NCBI GenBank assembly: GCA_036444495.1
Contig: JAZGBC010000160.1
Coordinates: forward strand, 1-45,268
Length of the DNA stretch: 45,268 nucleotides
Direction: 5' to 3'
Origin: Kiloniellales bacterium
Lineage (GTDB): Bacteria; Pseudomonadota; Alphaproteobacteria; Kiloniellales; J153
Positions 35,415 through 45,268 of the stretch are shown here, piece by piece. The notes below the pieces were generated by a model, which searched no databases, had not been told where the DNA came from, and was given only the letters and a program-made list of their open reading frames with translations. Both the position numbers and the translations under genes were made by a program. The first letter of the stretch is position 1; the number at the start of each line of letters is the position of its first letter.

Positions 35415-37364
35415 ATGGAGCAAACCTGGAAGACGGTCAGACTCGCGCTCAGCGTGCCGTTCTGGGCGGCGGGCGCGGTGTTGACCTTCTACATCGGCCT
35501 GAACGTCTTCGGCTTCATCCGCAATTCCTCGGAGCACTACGCCACCTTCGTGCTGGCCATCGTGGTCATGACGGGGCTGCTCGCCCTGCGCAACGCGGTC
35601 GACAGGCAGGGCGGCCGGGCCCCGGATTGGCGTTTCTGGGCGCGCTTGGCCGCCGCATTGCTGGGCTCGCTGCTGGCCACCGCGGGCGCGGGCTTCGTCC
35701 TGCTGAATGCCGTGCGTTTCGAGATGATTCAGCCCTTCTTCGAGCCCTTCGATGTCCAGATGGGGCTGGTGCTCGCGGCGGGCATCCTGATCCTCACCTG
35801 GATCCACTGGGGACCGCTTCTGACCGCCATCGTGGTCGGCGCGATCGTTTATTTCTTCTACGGCCATCAGATCGGGAACGTGCTGTTCGCCCACCCGGAG
35901 TACGACACCAACTTCGTGATGAACTACGTCAGCCTGGGGACCAACCAGGGCTTCTACTGGCTGGCGCAGGTGGCCGCCGACAGCATCTATTTCCTGATCT
36001 TCTACGCCGCCATCCTGCTCGGCCTGGGCATGCTCCAGATGGTGCTCGAGATCGGCAAGGTAAGCGGCCGCTACATCCATGGCGGCGCGTCCTTCCCCGC
36101 CATCGTGGGCAGCGGCATCGTGGCCTCTGTCATGGGCCAGGCGGTATCCAACGTGGTGCTGACCGGCCGTTTCACCATCCCCATGATGAAGGAGAACGGC
36201 TACCGCGCTTCCATGGCCGGGGCGATCGAGGCGGTGGCCTCGACCTCGGGGCAGATCATGCCGCCGATCCTGGGCCTGGCCGGCTTCATCATCGCCTCGT
36301 TCCTCAACGTGCCCTATATCGAGGTCGCCCTGTCCGCGCTCATCCCCGCGTTTCTGTTCCTGAGCGGCGTTACCATTGGGATCCTGATCTATGCCCGGCG
36401 CTATAAGCTACCCAAGCTGGAGACGCGGGCCGACCGCAAGCTCATCCTGCGCATGCTGCCCGCCTTTCTCGGCTCCTTCATCGTGGTCCTGGTACTCCTG
36501 CTCAATTACCACTCGCCGGCCTTCGCCGGCCTGGCCGGAACCGCCGTGGCCCTGGTGCTCTGCCTCTTTCAGGGCCGCTACCGGCCCAAGCTGAAAAAGT
36601 TTCTCGAATCCGTCGAGGACGGGCTGGTGCTCATCGCCCTGCTCTCGCTGCTGCTCATCGCCATCGGGCCGCTCGGGCAGGTGATCCTGACCACCAACCT
36701 GTCCGGACGGCTGGGCGCGGCGCTGGTGGGTATCCTGCCCGACATCAAGGTGGTGCTGCTGCTCGGCGCCATGGTGGTGTCGCTGGTACTCGGCATGGGG
36801 CTGCCGACGCCCGTCGCCTACGTGGTGGTGGTGCTGGCGCTTTCGCCCTTCCTTCAGCAGTTGGGCGTGCCGGCGCTGCACGCGCATTTTTTCGTCTTCT
36901 ACTTCGCGGTCTTCTCCACCCTGACCCCGCCCGTTGCGGTCAGCGTGTTGGCCGCGGCCAAGCTGGCCAACGCCCGCTTCCTGGACACCGCCGCCGACGC
37001 CATGAAGCTGGCGGTGACCACCTTCCTTATTCCCTTCGCTTTCGTCTTTCACCCCCAGCTGCTGTCCTTTCCCAACCTCACCTGGTCGGTGATCCCGCCG
37101 GTTGTTCTCCTGCTCGTGCTGCAATGGACGGTCTCGGTCGCCGCCTACGGCTATTTCCGGCGCAATCTCGGGGCGGTAGAGCGCACGGCCTTCACGCTCG
37201 TTTCCCTGGCCGGCTTCCTCGCCATCGTGACGCCGGGAGCCACCACCAAGCTCCTGTTCGCCCTGTTGCTGGTCTTGACCATGGGTTGGATCCTGCTGGC
37301 GCCCGCGGGCCGCGCCGCCGCCCTGGCCAACACCGAGCCCCGACGTAACGAGGAATCGTCGTGA
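35415..37364 (+). CDS. TRAP transporter fused 4TM/12TM permease
   Basis: 649 aa, highly hydrophobic with more than 14 predicted helices. Size and architecture fit the fused DctQM-like permease of TAXI-TRAP systems. Confidence 0.8.
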   Translation: MEQTWKTVRLALSVPFWAAGAVLTFYIGLNVFGFIRNSSEHYATFVLAIVVMTGLLALRNAVDRQGGRAPDWRFWARLAAALLGSLLATAGAGFVLLNAVRFEMIQPFFEPFDVQMGLVLAAGILILTWIHWGPLLTAIVVGAIVYFFYGHQIGNVLFAHPEYDTNFVMNYVSLGTNQGFYWLAQVAADSIYFLIFYAAILLGLGMLQMVLEIGKVSGRYIHGGASFPAIVGSGIVASVMGQAVSNVVLTGRFTIPMMKENGYRASMAGAIEAVASTSGQIMPPILGLAGFIIASFLNVPYIEVALSALIPAFLFLSGVTIGILIYARRYKLPKLETRADRKLILRMLPAFLGSFIVVLVLLLNYHSPAFAGLAGTAVALVLCLFQGRYRPKLKKFLESVEDGLVLIALLSLLLIAIGPLGQVILTTNLSGRLGAALVGILPDIKVVLLLGAMVVSLVLGMGLPTPVAYVVVVLALSPFLQQLGVPALHAHFFVFYFAVFSTLTPPVAVSVLAAAKLANARFLDTAADAMKLAVTTFLIPFAFVFHPQLLSFPNLTWSVIPPVVLLLVLQWTVSVAAYGYFRRNLGAVERTAFTLVSLAGFLAIVTPGATTKLLFALLLVLTMGWILLAPAGRAAALANTEPRRNEESS

Positions 37365-37501
37365 TCCTGATCGGCCGGTACTTTTCCCCTTTCACCCGGC
37401 GCGTAGCCGTCACGCTGCGCCGAGTCGCCGGCCTTCGCCGCGACCCAGCCGGAGCCCGGTTGAGCGCGAAGCCGCGTAACTGGCCGCTCAGGCCGGCTCG
37501 A
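37361..37501 (+). pseudogene. glutathione S-transferase 5' remnant (about the first 20 codons recognisable)
   Basis: From GTG 37361: VILIGRYFSPFTRRVAVTLR resembles the conserved N-terminus of alphaproteobacterial GSTs (..LIG.Y.SP..RRVAV.L). The reading then degenerates into Arg/Pro-rich sequence and stops after 46 codons, running into the convergent BCCP gene. Confidence 0.35.
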
Positions 37502-37988
37502 TGACGAAAAGGGCCTGGTCGTATTCCACCGCGGTCGCGTTCTCGACGGCGATCTCCACGATGCGGCCGGCTTCCTGCGCCTCGATCGTGGTGAAGAGCT
37601 TCATGACCTCGATCATGCAGACGGGATCGCCCGGCTCGACGCGGTCGCCGACTTCGACGAAGGGCGGGTCCTGGGGGCTGGGCGCGCGGTAGAAGGTGCC
37701 GACCATGGGCGCCCGGATCGTCACCAGGCCGTTGCTGTGCGCCGCCGCTTCCCCCGCCCCCTCGGCGCGCCGGGCCACGGGCGTAGTCTCCGACCCCCCC
37801 GTCTCGAAGGCCGCCGCAGTGCCTGCCGCCGCCTTTTCGCTATCGCTATAGTCCGCCTCCGCCTGCCCGTCCGCGCCGCGCCGGCGCACGACAAGCCGCA
37901 TATCGTCCAGCTCGACGATCAGCTCCTGGCAATCGCTGGCGTCGATCAGCTTGATGATCTCGGCCACGTCCTTGTAGCTAAGGGCCAC
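37488..37988 (-). CDS. biotin carboxyl carrier protein (stand-alone BCCP, AccB-like)
   Basis: 166 aa. AccB-type N-terminus (IKLID.S...EL), Ala/Pro-rich linker, and the biotinyl-lysine motif CMIEVMKLF. Confidence 0.85.
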   Translation of the reverse strand: MALSYKDVAEIIKLIDASDCQELIVELDDMRLVVRRRGADGQAEADYSDSEKAAAGTAAAFETGGSETTPVARRAEGAGEAAAHSNGLVTIRAPMVGTFYRAPSPQDPPFVEVGDRVEPGDPVCMIEVMKLFTTIEAQEAGRIVEIAVENATAVEYDQALFVIEPA

Positions 37989-38031
37989 CTTGTTTACCCA
38001 TTCTCTCTTGCCTTCGCCGCCGCCTCGCCCA

Positions 38032-38901
38032 TTACATTTCCTCGGCGAAGGTCTCGGAAAGCTTTTCCGCGGCCTCGCGCAGCAGCGGCACCTGCGCGCG
38101 CGCCTGTTCCAGGGTCATGCGCGCCTCGGGCGCCGAAAAGGCGATCCCGGCGCAAAGGCCCCCTTGGGGCCCGGTGACCGGCACCGCGAGGCAGACGACC
38201 CCGGACATGAACTCCTGATTGTCGGTCGCGTAACCTCTGCGGCGAATGTCTGCGAGTTCGGCGAGCAGGCGATCCCGCGCGGTGATGGTGTTCTCCGTAT
38301 AGCGCTTGAGCGGCAGCGTCGTGAGAGTCTTCTCGAGCTGCGCCTCGGGCAGTTTGCTGAGGAACAGCTTGCCCAGCGAGGTGCAGTGCAGCGGCACCCG
38401 GCTGCCCGGCTCGAAACGCAGGCCGAGCGGCCAGGCGGCCTCGACGCGATCGAGATAGACCACCTCGTTGCCGGACATGACGCCCAGGTTGCAGGTCTCG
38501 CCGATCTCCTCGGACAGGGCCTTGAGGATGCCGTGGCGCGGGCCGCGCCGGGCGGCCGCCTGCAGCACCTGAAGGGCCAGCTGCACGAGCCGCTTGCCCT
38601 CGACGAAGCGCCGGCTGCCCGGCTCGCGCTCCAGGTAGCCCAGGCCCTCCAGCGCCGTGCCGATGCGGTGCGCCGTGGGTTTTGACAGGTGCAGCATGGC
38701 CGAGAGCTCCGCGATCGAGACCGGGTGGCCGTCGCGCACCACCGCTTCGAGGATCCTGAGCGCCTTGCCGGTCGACCCGGCGCCCTCTTCGGCGGCGGGG
38801 GCGGCCCCGGGGCGTTCCCCGCGAGGTTCGATGGGTTGTTGCGTCTGGATCGTAGGCACGCGGCAATTCCGGCTTTCTTGACAGGGAATAGGGTGTGGCA
38901 A
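38032..38901 (-). CDS. IclR-family transcriptional regulator
   Basis: wHTH (LRILEAVVRDGHPVSIAELSAMLHLSKPTAHRIGTALEGLGYLER) plus the IclR effector domain (...CLAVPV.G..G...AGI.FSAP..RM). An alternative GTG start is at 38859. Confidence 0.85.
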   Translation of the reverse strand: MPHPIPCQESRNCRVPTIQTQQPIEPRGERPGAAPAAEEGAGSTGKALRILEAVVRDGHPVSIAELSAMLHLSKPTAHRIGTALEGLGYLEREPGSRRFVEGKRLVQLALQVLQAAARRGPRHGILKALSEEIGETCNLGVMSGNEVVYLDRVEAAWPLGLRFEPGSRVPLHCTSLGKLFLSKLPEAQLEKTLTTLPLKRYTENTITARDRLLAELADIRRRGYATDNQEFMSGVVCLAVPVTGPQGGLCAGIAFSAPEARMTLEQARAQVPLLREAAEKLSETFAEEM

Positions 38902-38948
38902 ATTATGATTGCTGCAAAAAATGAAATCAATCGTCTTGCATGTCGGAA
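38902..38948 (+). promoter_or_regulatory. copy 2 of the conserved 47-nt promoter-region block (candidate IclR operator)
   Basis: ATTATGATTGCTGCAAAAAATGAAATCAATCGTCTTGCATGTCGGAA lies between the divergent IclR and carboxyltransferase genes. It has the same orientation as copy 1 and contains the ATG at 38940 used by the ORF track. Confidence 0.55.
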
Positions 38949-40463
38949 TTCACCTCCCAGGCCCCAGGGGGACCGGAAGTGCCTAGTCCGCGACGCGTGC
39001 GCCTGATCGACGTCACCCTGCGCGACGCCCACCAGTGCCTCTGGGCGACCCGCATGACCACCGCCATGATGCGGGATATCGCGCCGCTTCTGGACCGCGC
39101 CGGCTTCGAGGCCATCGATCTGGTGGGCGGGGCGGTCTTCGACGTCATGGTGCGTTACCTGCGCGAGGACCCCTGGGAGCGCATGCGCATCCTGAGCGCC
39201 TGGGTGACCGAGACGCCGCTCATCGTGCACCACCGGGGCCAGAGCCTCTTTACCTTCGAGTTCTTCCCCGACGACGTGGTCGAGCGCACGGCCGAGCGCA
39301 TCGCGGCCAACGGCATCCGCTATCACACGCTCTACGATGCCTTGAACGACATGCGCAACCTGGAGGTCCCGGTGCGCGCGGCCAAGAACGTGGGCCTGCA
39401 CACCGTGGGCGGCCTGGTCTACACCCACAGCCCTGTCCACACCGACCAATACTATACCGGCAAGGCGCGCGAGCTGATCGCGCTCGATGTCGACGGCGTC
39501 TTCATCAAGGACCCCAGCGGCCTTCTCACGCCCGAACGGGTGGCGACCCTGGTCCCCGCGCTCAAGGCGGTCTGCGGCGAACTCCCGCTACAGCTTCATA
39601 TGCACTGCCTGACGGGGCTCGCGCCCTATGCCGCGCTGCAGGCGGTGGAGCACGGCGTCGAGGTGGTGCACACGGCCACCTCGGTCATCGCCAACGGCGC
39701 CTCCCACTCGCCCACCGAGCTGTTCACGCGCAACTGCCGGCGCCGCGGCCACGAGGTCTCGATCGACCTGGAACCCGTGGAGCAGGCGGCCGAGAAGCTC
39801 GCCTTCATCGCCGAGCGCGAGGACAAGGCCCTGGGCCGGCCGCTGGAGTACGAGGAGTTCCATTTCCACCATCAGGTTCCGGGCGGCATGGTCTCGAACC
39901 TGAAATACCAGTTGGAGACCATGGGCATCGCCGAGCGCCTGGAAGAGATACTGGAGGAGGCGGGGCATGTGCGCGCGGACCTGGGCTATCCCATCGTGGT
40001 CAGCCCCTTCGCCCAGTTCATCATCACCCAGGCGGTGCTCAACGTCATGGGCAAGGACCAGGGCCGGGAGCGCTACGCCACCGTGCCCGACGAGGTGCGC
40101 CGCTATGTCATGGGCGGCTATGGCGAGATCGCCGGGACCATCGAGCCCGATCTCTACGACCGGATCGCGCGTGGCGCGGAACCCGCCACCGAACGCCCCG
40201 GCGCGCTGGTGCCACCGGCGCTGGAGCGCATCCGCAAGGAGCGCGGTCCCTTCGAGTCCGACGACGACCTGCTGCTGGCCGCTTTCTACGGCGAGACGGA
40301 ATACGGCGCGCTCAAGGCCGCCGGCCCGATCGATACCGACTACGCGCTCGGCCCTTCGCCACTCGTCACCCTGGTCAAGGAGATCGCGGCGCGCCCCGAC
40401 ATCAAGTCGCTGCGCATCACGGGCCGCAACGGCCGGAGGCCTCGGGTTGGTGCCGCGGGCTAG
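38940..40463 (+). CDS. biotin-dependent carboxyltransferase (oxaloacetate decarboxylase alpha / pyruvate carboxylase B / transcarboxylase 5S-like), without a biotinyl domain
   Basis: RLIDVTLRDAHQ....RM.T..M....P.LD..GF..I...GGA.FD...R.L.EDPWER is the HMGL-like/PYC_OADA carboxyltransferase signature. There is no C-terminal (A/V)MKM motif. The start is uncertain: ATG 38940 lies inside the conserved operator-like block, and GTG 38979 is an in-frame alternative. Confidence 0.85.
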   Translation: MSEFTSQAPGGPEVPSPRRVRLIDVTLRDAHQCLWATRMTTAMMRDIAPLLDRAGFEAIDLVGGAVFDVMVRYLREDPWERMRILSAWVTETPLIVHHRGQSLFTFEFFPDDVVERTAERIAANGIRYHTLYDALNDMRNLEVPVRAAKNVGLHTVGGLVYTHSPVHTDQYYTGKARELIALDVDGVFIKDPSGLLTPERVATLVPALKAVCGELPLQLHMHCLTGLAPYAALQAVEHGVEVVHTATSVIANGASHSPTELFTRNCRRRGHEVSIDLEPVEQAAEKLAFIAEREDKALGRPLEYEEFHFHHQVPGGMVSNLKYQLETMGIAERLEEILEEAGHVRADLGYPIVVSPFAQFIITQAVLNVMGKDQGRERYATVPDEVRRYVMGGYGEIAGTIEPDLYDRIARGAEPATERPGALVPPALERIRKERGPFESDDDLLLAAFYGETEYGALKAAGPIDTDYALGPSPLVTLVKEIAARPDIKSLRITGRNGRRPRVGAAG

Positions 40464-40687
40464 ACGCCGCCCCTCTCGCAGGAGCCGGCCAGCCTGCCCT
40501 GCCCCTCCGCTTTCATACTGCCATGGATTCCCCGGACGAAGTTTTCAGAAACCACACCGGTACCGCGACAAAATGCTAGAATTTCTGCGGTCGACGGAGT
40601 TTCCCGGCAGGGACAGCGTATCCAAGGAATACAATCGACGCCGTTTCGTGCGTTATCTGCAAAATGTAGGTTGAAAGAGATCGTATT

Positions 40688-42730
40688 ATGACCGCCAAGA
40701 CGACTTACTCCTCGTGTTACCAGTGCGCTTACGATTGTCCGATAACCGTGATTAGCGAGGGAGAAGAGGTCATTTCTGTCGCACATCCCGATTGTGTGCG
40801 GGCGGAAGCGATGCTTGAGCAACGGGATAGCGAGAGACGCCTGATCCGGCCACAGATTCGCGCAAGCTCCAGTGATGATTGGCGGAACGTGTCATGGCGC
40901 GATGCGATCTCTCACGGTGCGAAAAAACTCCGGGAAATCCGTGACCGTTACGGCCCGGATGCGATCGCCTTCGCGGTTGGCTACACCAAAGAGGTGCGAC
41001 CGTATTTACAACGGCTCGCCTATTCCTTCGGCTCTCCCCATTACATCACCGAATCCAGTTGCTGTTTCGGAGCGGGCTATGTGGCTGCCGCGATCACGTT
41101 GGGCGAGGAGTACAGTTATTACCTCGGCCCGAGCCGGGCCAACGTTCCGGAGAGCCGGTGCCGGCTCGTTTGGTCCAATAATCCAACCGAGAGCCAGTTG
41201 CCCTTTGATCGCCACCACCTGATTACCGGGGCAGCGAAGGTGCCGACGATCGTGGTTGATCCGCGCCGCAGCCCGCTGGCGGAACGTGCGGCCATACACC
41301 TGATGTTGCGCCCCGGAAGCGACGGAGCGCTGGCCTTGGGGCTGGCCCACGTCATTTTCGAGGAGGGCTTGGAGGACGAGGACTTTCTGGCCAAGCACGC
41401 CCACGGGCTGGAAGAGTACAAGCGCTATGTGAAAGGTTTCACGCCCGAGTTGACAAGCGAGATCACTTGGGTTGCGAAGGAAAAGATCATCGAGGCGGCG
41501 CGGCTCTACGCCTCATCGCGCCCGGCGCAGATCACCATCTCGCCCACAGCCACCGTCCACCACAGCAATGGTTTCCAGAACCATCGCGCCGTTCTCCTGC
41601 TTTCGGCTATCTGCGGTAATTTGGACATCACCGGCGGCAACAAGCCATCTGGAAACCGATTGCTGGGGAAGAACGTCTCCTTGCGCGAGGAAAAGTTGTC
41701 AGAGCACGGCAAGGAGATGGGCGAAGCGGAGTTCCCCGTTTTCACCAAGCATTACGGACAGGGCCAGGCTATGGCGCTAGCGGATTACATCGAGTCGGGC
41801 AAAGTGAAGGCGGTCTTTTCCGTCGGCATGAACCTGATGATGTGGCCGAATTCCAAAAGGTTGGAGCGGGCGCTTCATTCCCTGGAATTCTTCAGCACCA
41901 GCGATTTCTTTCCCACCCCCACCGTCGAGGCGGCGTCGATCTTCTTTCCGGCCGCCACCCACCTGGAACGGCAGTCGCTCATCATCGACGCCAAGGGCCG
42001 GGTGCAATACCGGCCTGCCGCGGTTCCGCCACGCGGGGAGGCAAAGGGGGATACGGAACTGGTTTTCGACATGGCGGCGGCGTTGGGGCTGGACAACATG
42101 TTCTGGGGCGGCAATATCCACGCCAGTTTCAACGAACGGCTGCAACCCACCGGCCTGTGCTTCGACGATCTGCCCGCGGATGGAAAAAGCGTCCCCGTCG
42201 AGGTGCCGGCCATCCCGGATCTCAGTTACGAGCAGAATGGTTTTGGCACACCAAGCGGCAAGGTCGAATTTGCCAGTACGACCTTGGAAAAGGCCGGTCA
42301 TAATGCTCTACCCGTTTACAAGGAACCGTACTGGAGTCCGATAAGTACGCCGGAGGTCGCCAAGGACTTTCCGCTGATCCTCACCTCCGGTGGCCGTAGC
42401 GCCAACTACACCCACTCGCAGGGGCGGTTTCTGGCAACGCTGAGAAATCGCGAACCTGGACCTCGCTTGCAATTGAATCTTGATGACGCCAGGGAGCGCG
42501 GCATCGAGGACGGTGACCGGGTGGCGGTTACCTCGCCGCTCGGCAAGATCGAGATGAACGCATGGCTGACGGAAATCTTGCCTCCCGGCGTGGCGCACGC
42601 CTTCCACGGATGGGCAGAGGCCAATATCAATGACCTTATTCCCGATCAAGGCCTTGATCCGATCTCCGGCTATCCCCCTTTTAAGTCTAGCCTTTGCGAG
42701 GTTTCCAAGAGTTCTCGAACCTTATCGTAG
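40688..42730 (+). CDS. cytoplasmic molybdopterin (bis-MGD) oxidoreductase, single catalytic subunit, substrate unknown
   Basis: 680 aa with no Tat signal. The Fe-S motif starts at residue 10 (C-x2-C-x3-C-x18-C). MopB-family blocks are present (DAIAF..G, VVDPRRS..A..A..HL.LRPGSDGAL, C-terminal GD.V.V.S..G). Candidate Mo-ligand region ITESSCCFG. Codon usage is visibly more AT-rich than in neighbouring genes. Confidence 0.8.
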   Translation: MTAKTTYSSCYQCAYDCPITVISEGEEVISVAHPDCVRAEAMLEQRDSERRLIRPQIRASSSDDWRNVSWRDAISHGAKKLREIRDRYGPDAIAFAVGYTKEVRPYLQRLAYSFGSPHYITESSCCFGAGYVAAAITLGEEYSYYLGPSRANVPESRCRLVWSNNPTESQLPFDRHHLITGAAKVPTIVVDPRRSPLAERAAIHLMLRPGSDGALALGLAHVIFEEGLEDEDFLAKHAHGLEEYKRYVKGFTPELTSEITWVAKEKIIEAARLYASSRPAQITISPTATVHHSNGFQNHRAVLLLSAICGNLDITGGNKPSGNRLLGKNVSLREEKLSEHGKEMGEAEFPVFTKHYGQGQAMALADYIESGKVKAVFSVGMNLMMWPNSKRLERALHSLEFFSTSDFFPTPTVEAASIFFPAATHLERQSLIIDAKGRVQYRPAAVPPRGEAKGDTELVFDMAAALGLDNMFWGGNIHASFNERLQPTGLCFDDLPADGKSVPVEVPAIPDLSYEQNGFGTPSGKVEFASTTLEKAGHNALPVYKEPYWSPISTPEVAKDFPLILTSGGRSANYTHSQGRFLATLRNREPGPRLQLNLDDARERGIEDGDRVAVTSPLGKIEMNAWLTEILPPGVAHAFHGWAEANINDLIPDQGLDPISGYPPFKSSLCEVSKSSRTLS

Positions 42731-42820
42731 CGCTTTTCCCGCCGTCACCGGATCCGGAAAAACTGCGGGAATCGGAGTTTTCTGAAGCGACAGAACAGCC
42801 ATCATGACGACCGCCCAGGT

Positions 42821-44915
<2,095 letters not shown>

Positions 44916-44923
<8 letters not shown>

Positions 44924-45268
44924 GGGCGCCGAAGGCCTCCGCCAGCGCTACGAAATTCGGGTTTATGAGATCTGTAGCGACGACCCTTCCGGGGTAGACC
45001 TCCTACTGATGCAAGCGGATCGTACCGTAACCACCGTTGTTGGCAACAAATAGCCGCACCCGGGCGTTGTACTTCATCGCGGCGGCCGACTCGTTGCCCG
45101 TCACGAGACCCGCCCCCGTCACCGGCCAGCGCCATCACCTCACGACCCGGAAGCCGCAAGGCTGCGGCGGCTGCCGCCGGCACGCCCAGGCCCATCGCCC
45201 CGAACTTCCTTGCGTTATGGCGGCTGTTGACCACCGCATCGAAGGCAGATCTGGGGCAGATCTGAGCC
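44916..45268 (-). pseudogene. decayed thiamine-diphosphate enzyme gene (acetolactate-synthase-like C-terminal ThDP domain); extends past the right window edge
   Basis: One frame gives ...GAMGLGVPAAAAAAL....VMALAGDGG (ThDP-binding GDG motif). The family continuation (..TGNE.AAAMKYNARVRLFVANNGGYGTIRLHQ*EVYPGRVVATDLINPNFVALAEAFGAHG*) is in a different frame, so a frameshift lies near the C/G run at 45105-45118. That continuation contains an in-frame TAG (45003-45005). It also ends at 44916, about 40-60 aa short of family members, overlapping the fadB-like start. Confidence 0.6.

Noticed and set aside
38115-40579. 444-aa minus-strand ORF (38115..39449) and 514-aa plus-strand ORF in an alternative frame (39035..40579)
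   Set aside because: These are alternative-frame or antisense reads of the IclR and carboxyltransferase genes, with extreme Arg/Pro/Gly content.
40573-40674. 33-aa ORF (MLEFLRSTEFPGRDSVSKEYNRRRFVRYLQNVG) in the low-GC gap upstream of the Mo-enzyme gene
   Set aside because: It is too short, with no recognisable motif or convincing ribosome-binding site. It could be a leader peptide, but the sequence alone gives no support.
40657-40690. Possible degenerate third copy of the operator-like block just upstream of the Mo-enzyme ATG (CTGCAAAATGTAGGTTGAAAGAGATCGTATTATG)
   Set aside because: Only the flanks (CTGCAAAA and ATCGTATT) resemble the two good copies, and the centre differs in both length and sequence. 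The similarity may be chance in AT-richer DNA. A PWM scan or binding assay would be needed.

Overview
High-GC (about two-thirds G+C judged by eye, not computed), densely coding chromosomal segment that looks alphaproteobacterial (Rhodospirillales/Rhizobiales-like gene content and synteny). I saw no rRNA, tRNA, CRISPR array, transposase, integrase or phage genes. Left to right, the recognisable content is:
- Methionine-salvage genes mtnP and the mtnA 5' end.
- A visibly lower-GC two-gene insert: a DUF488 protein plus an orphan 249-aa protein.
- The cytochrome bc1 operon petABC, then trmL-hemF.
- A Tat-exported TtrBCA/PsrABC-like molybdoenzyme operon (gene order B-C-A-TorD-like chaperone) with an FNR-type box upstream.
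- The conserved DUF1285-Nudix-small membrane protein-cca unit, divergent from a MoxR-DUF58-BatA_N/DUF4159-membrane protein cluster.
- A LysR-controlled quinone-detoxification-type operon: pirin, DoxX, YqjG, and a CDGSH::GltS-FMN fusion.
- An MscK-like channel.
- A right-hand accessory block (about 32.2-45.3 kb): BKACE, SDR, TAXI-TRAP transporter, IclR regulator, stand-alone BCCP, biotin carboxyltransferase, a low-GC cytoplasmic molybdopterin oxidoreductase, a FadB-like enzyme, and decayed GST and ThDP-enzyme remnants.

Most interesting observations:
1. A 47-nt sequence block occurs in both divergent promoter regions of the right-hand block. It is a candidate shared IclR operator that would tie these operons into one regulon for an uncharacterised organic-acid pathway, with a biotin enzyme that has no biotin carboxylase or membrane pump partner in the window.
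2. Two unrelated MITE-like elements of about 265 bp, each with roughly 33-bp terminal inverted repeats, sit precisely inside conserved operons.
3. The low-GC DUF488 + orphan gene pair.

All functional calls come from reading the translated ORFs for family-diagnostic motifs. No database search was possible.
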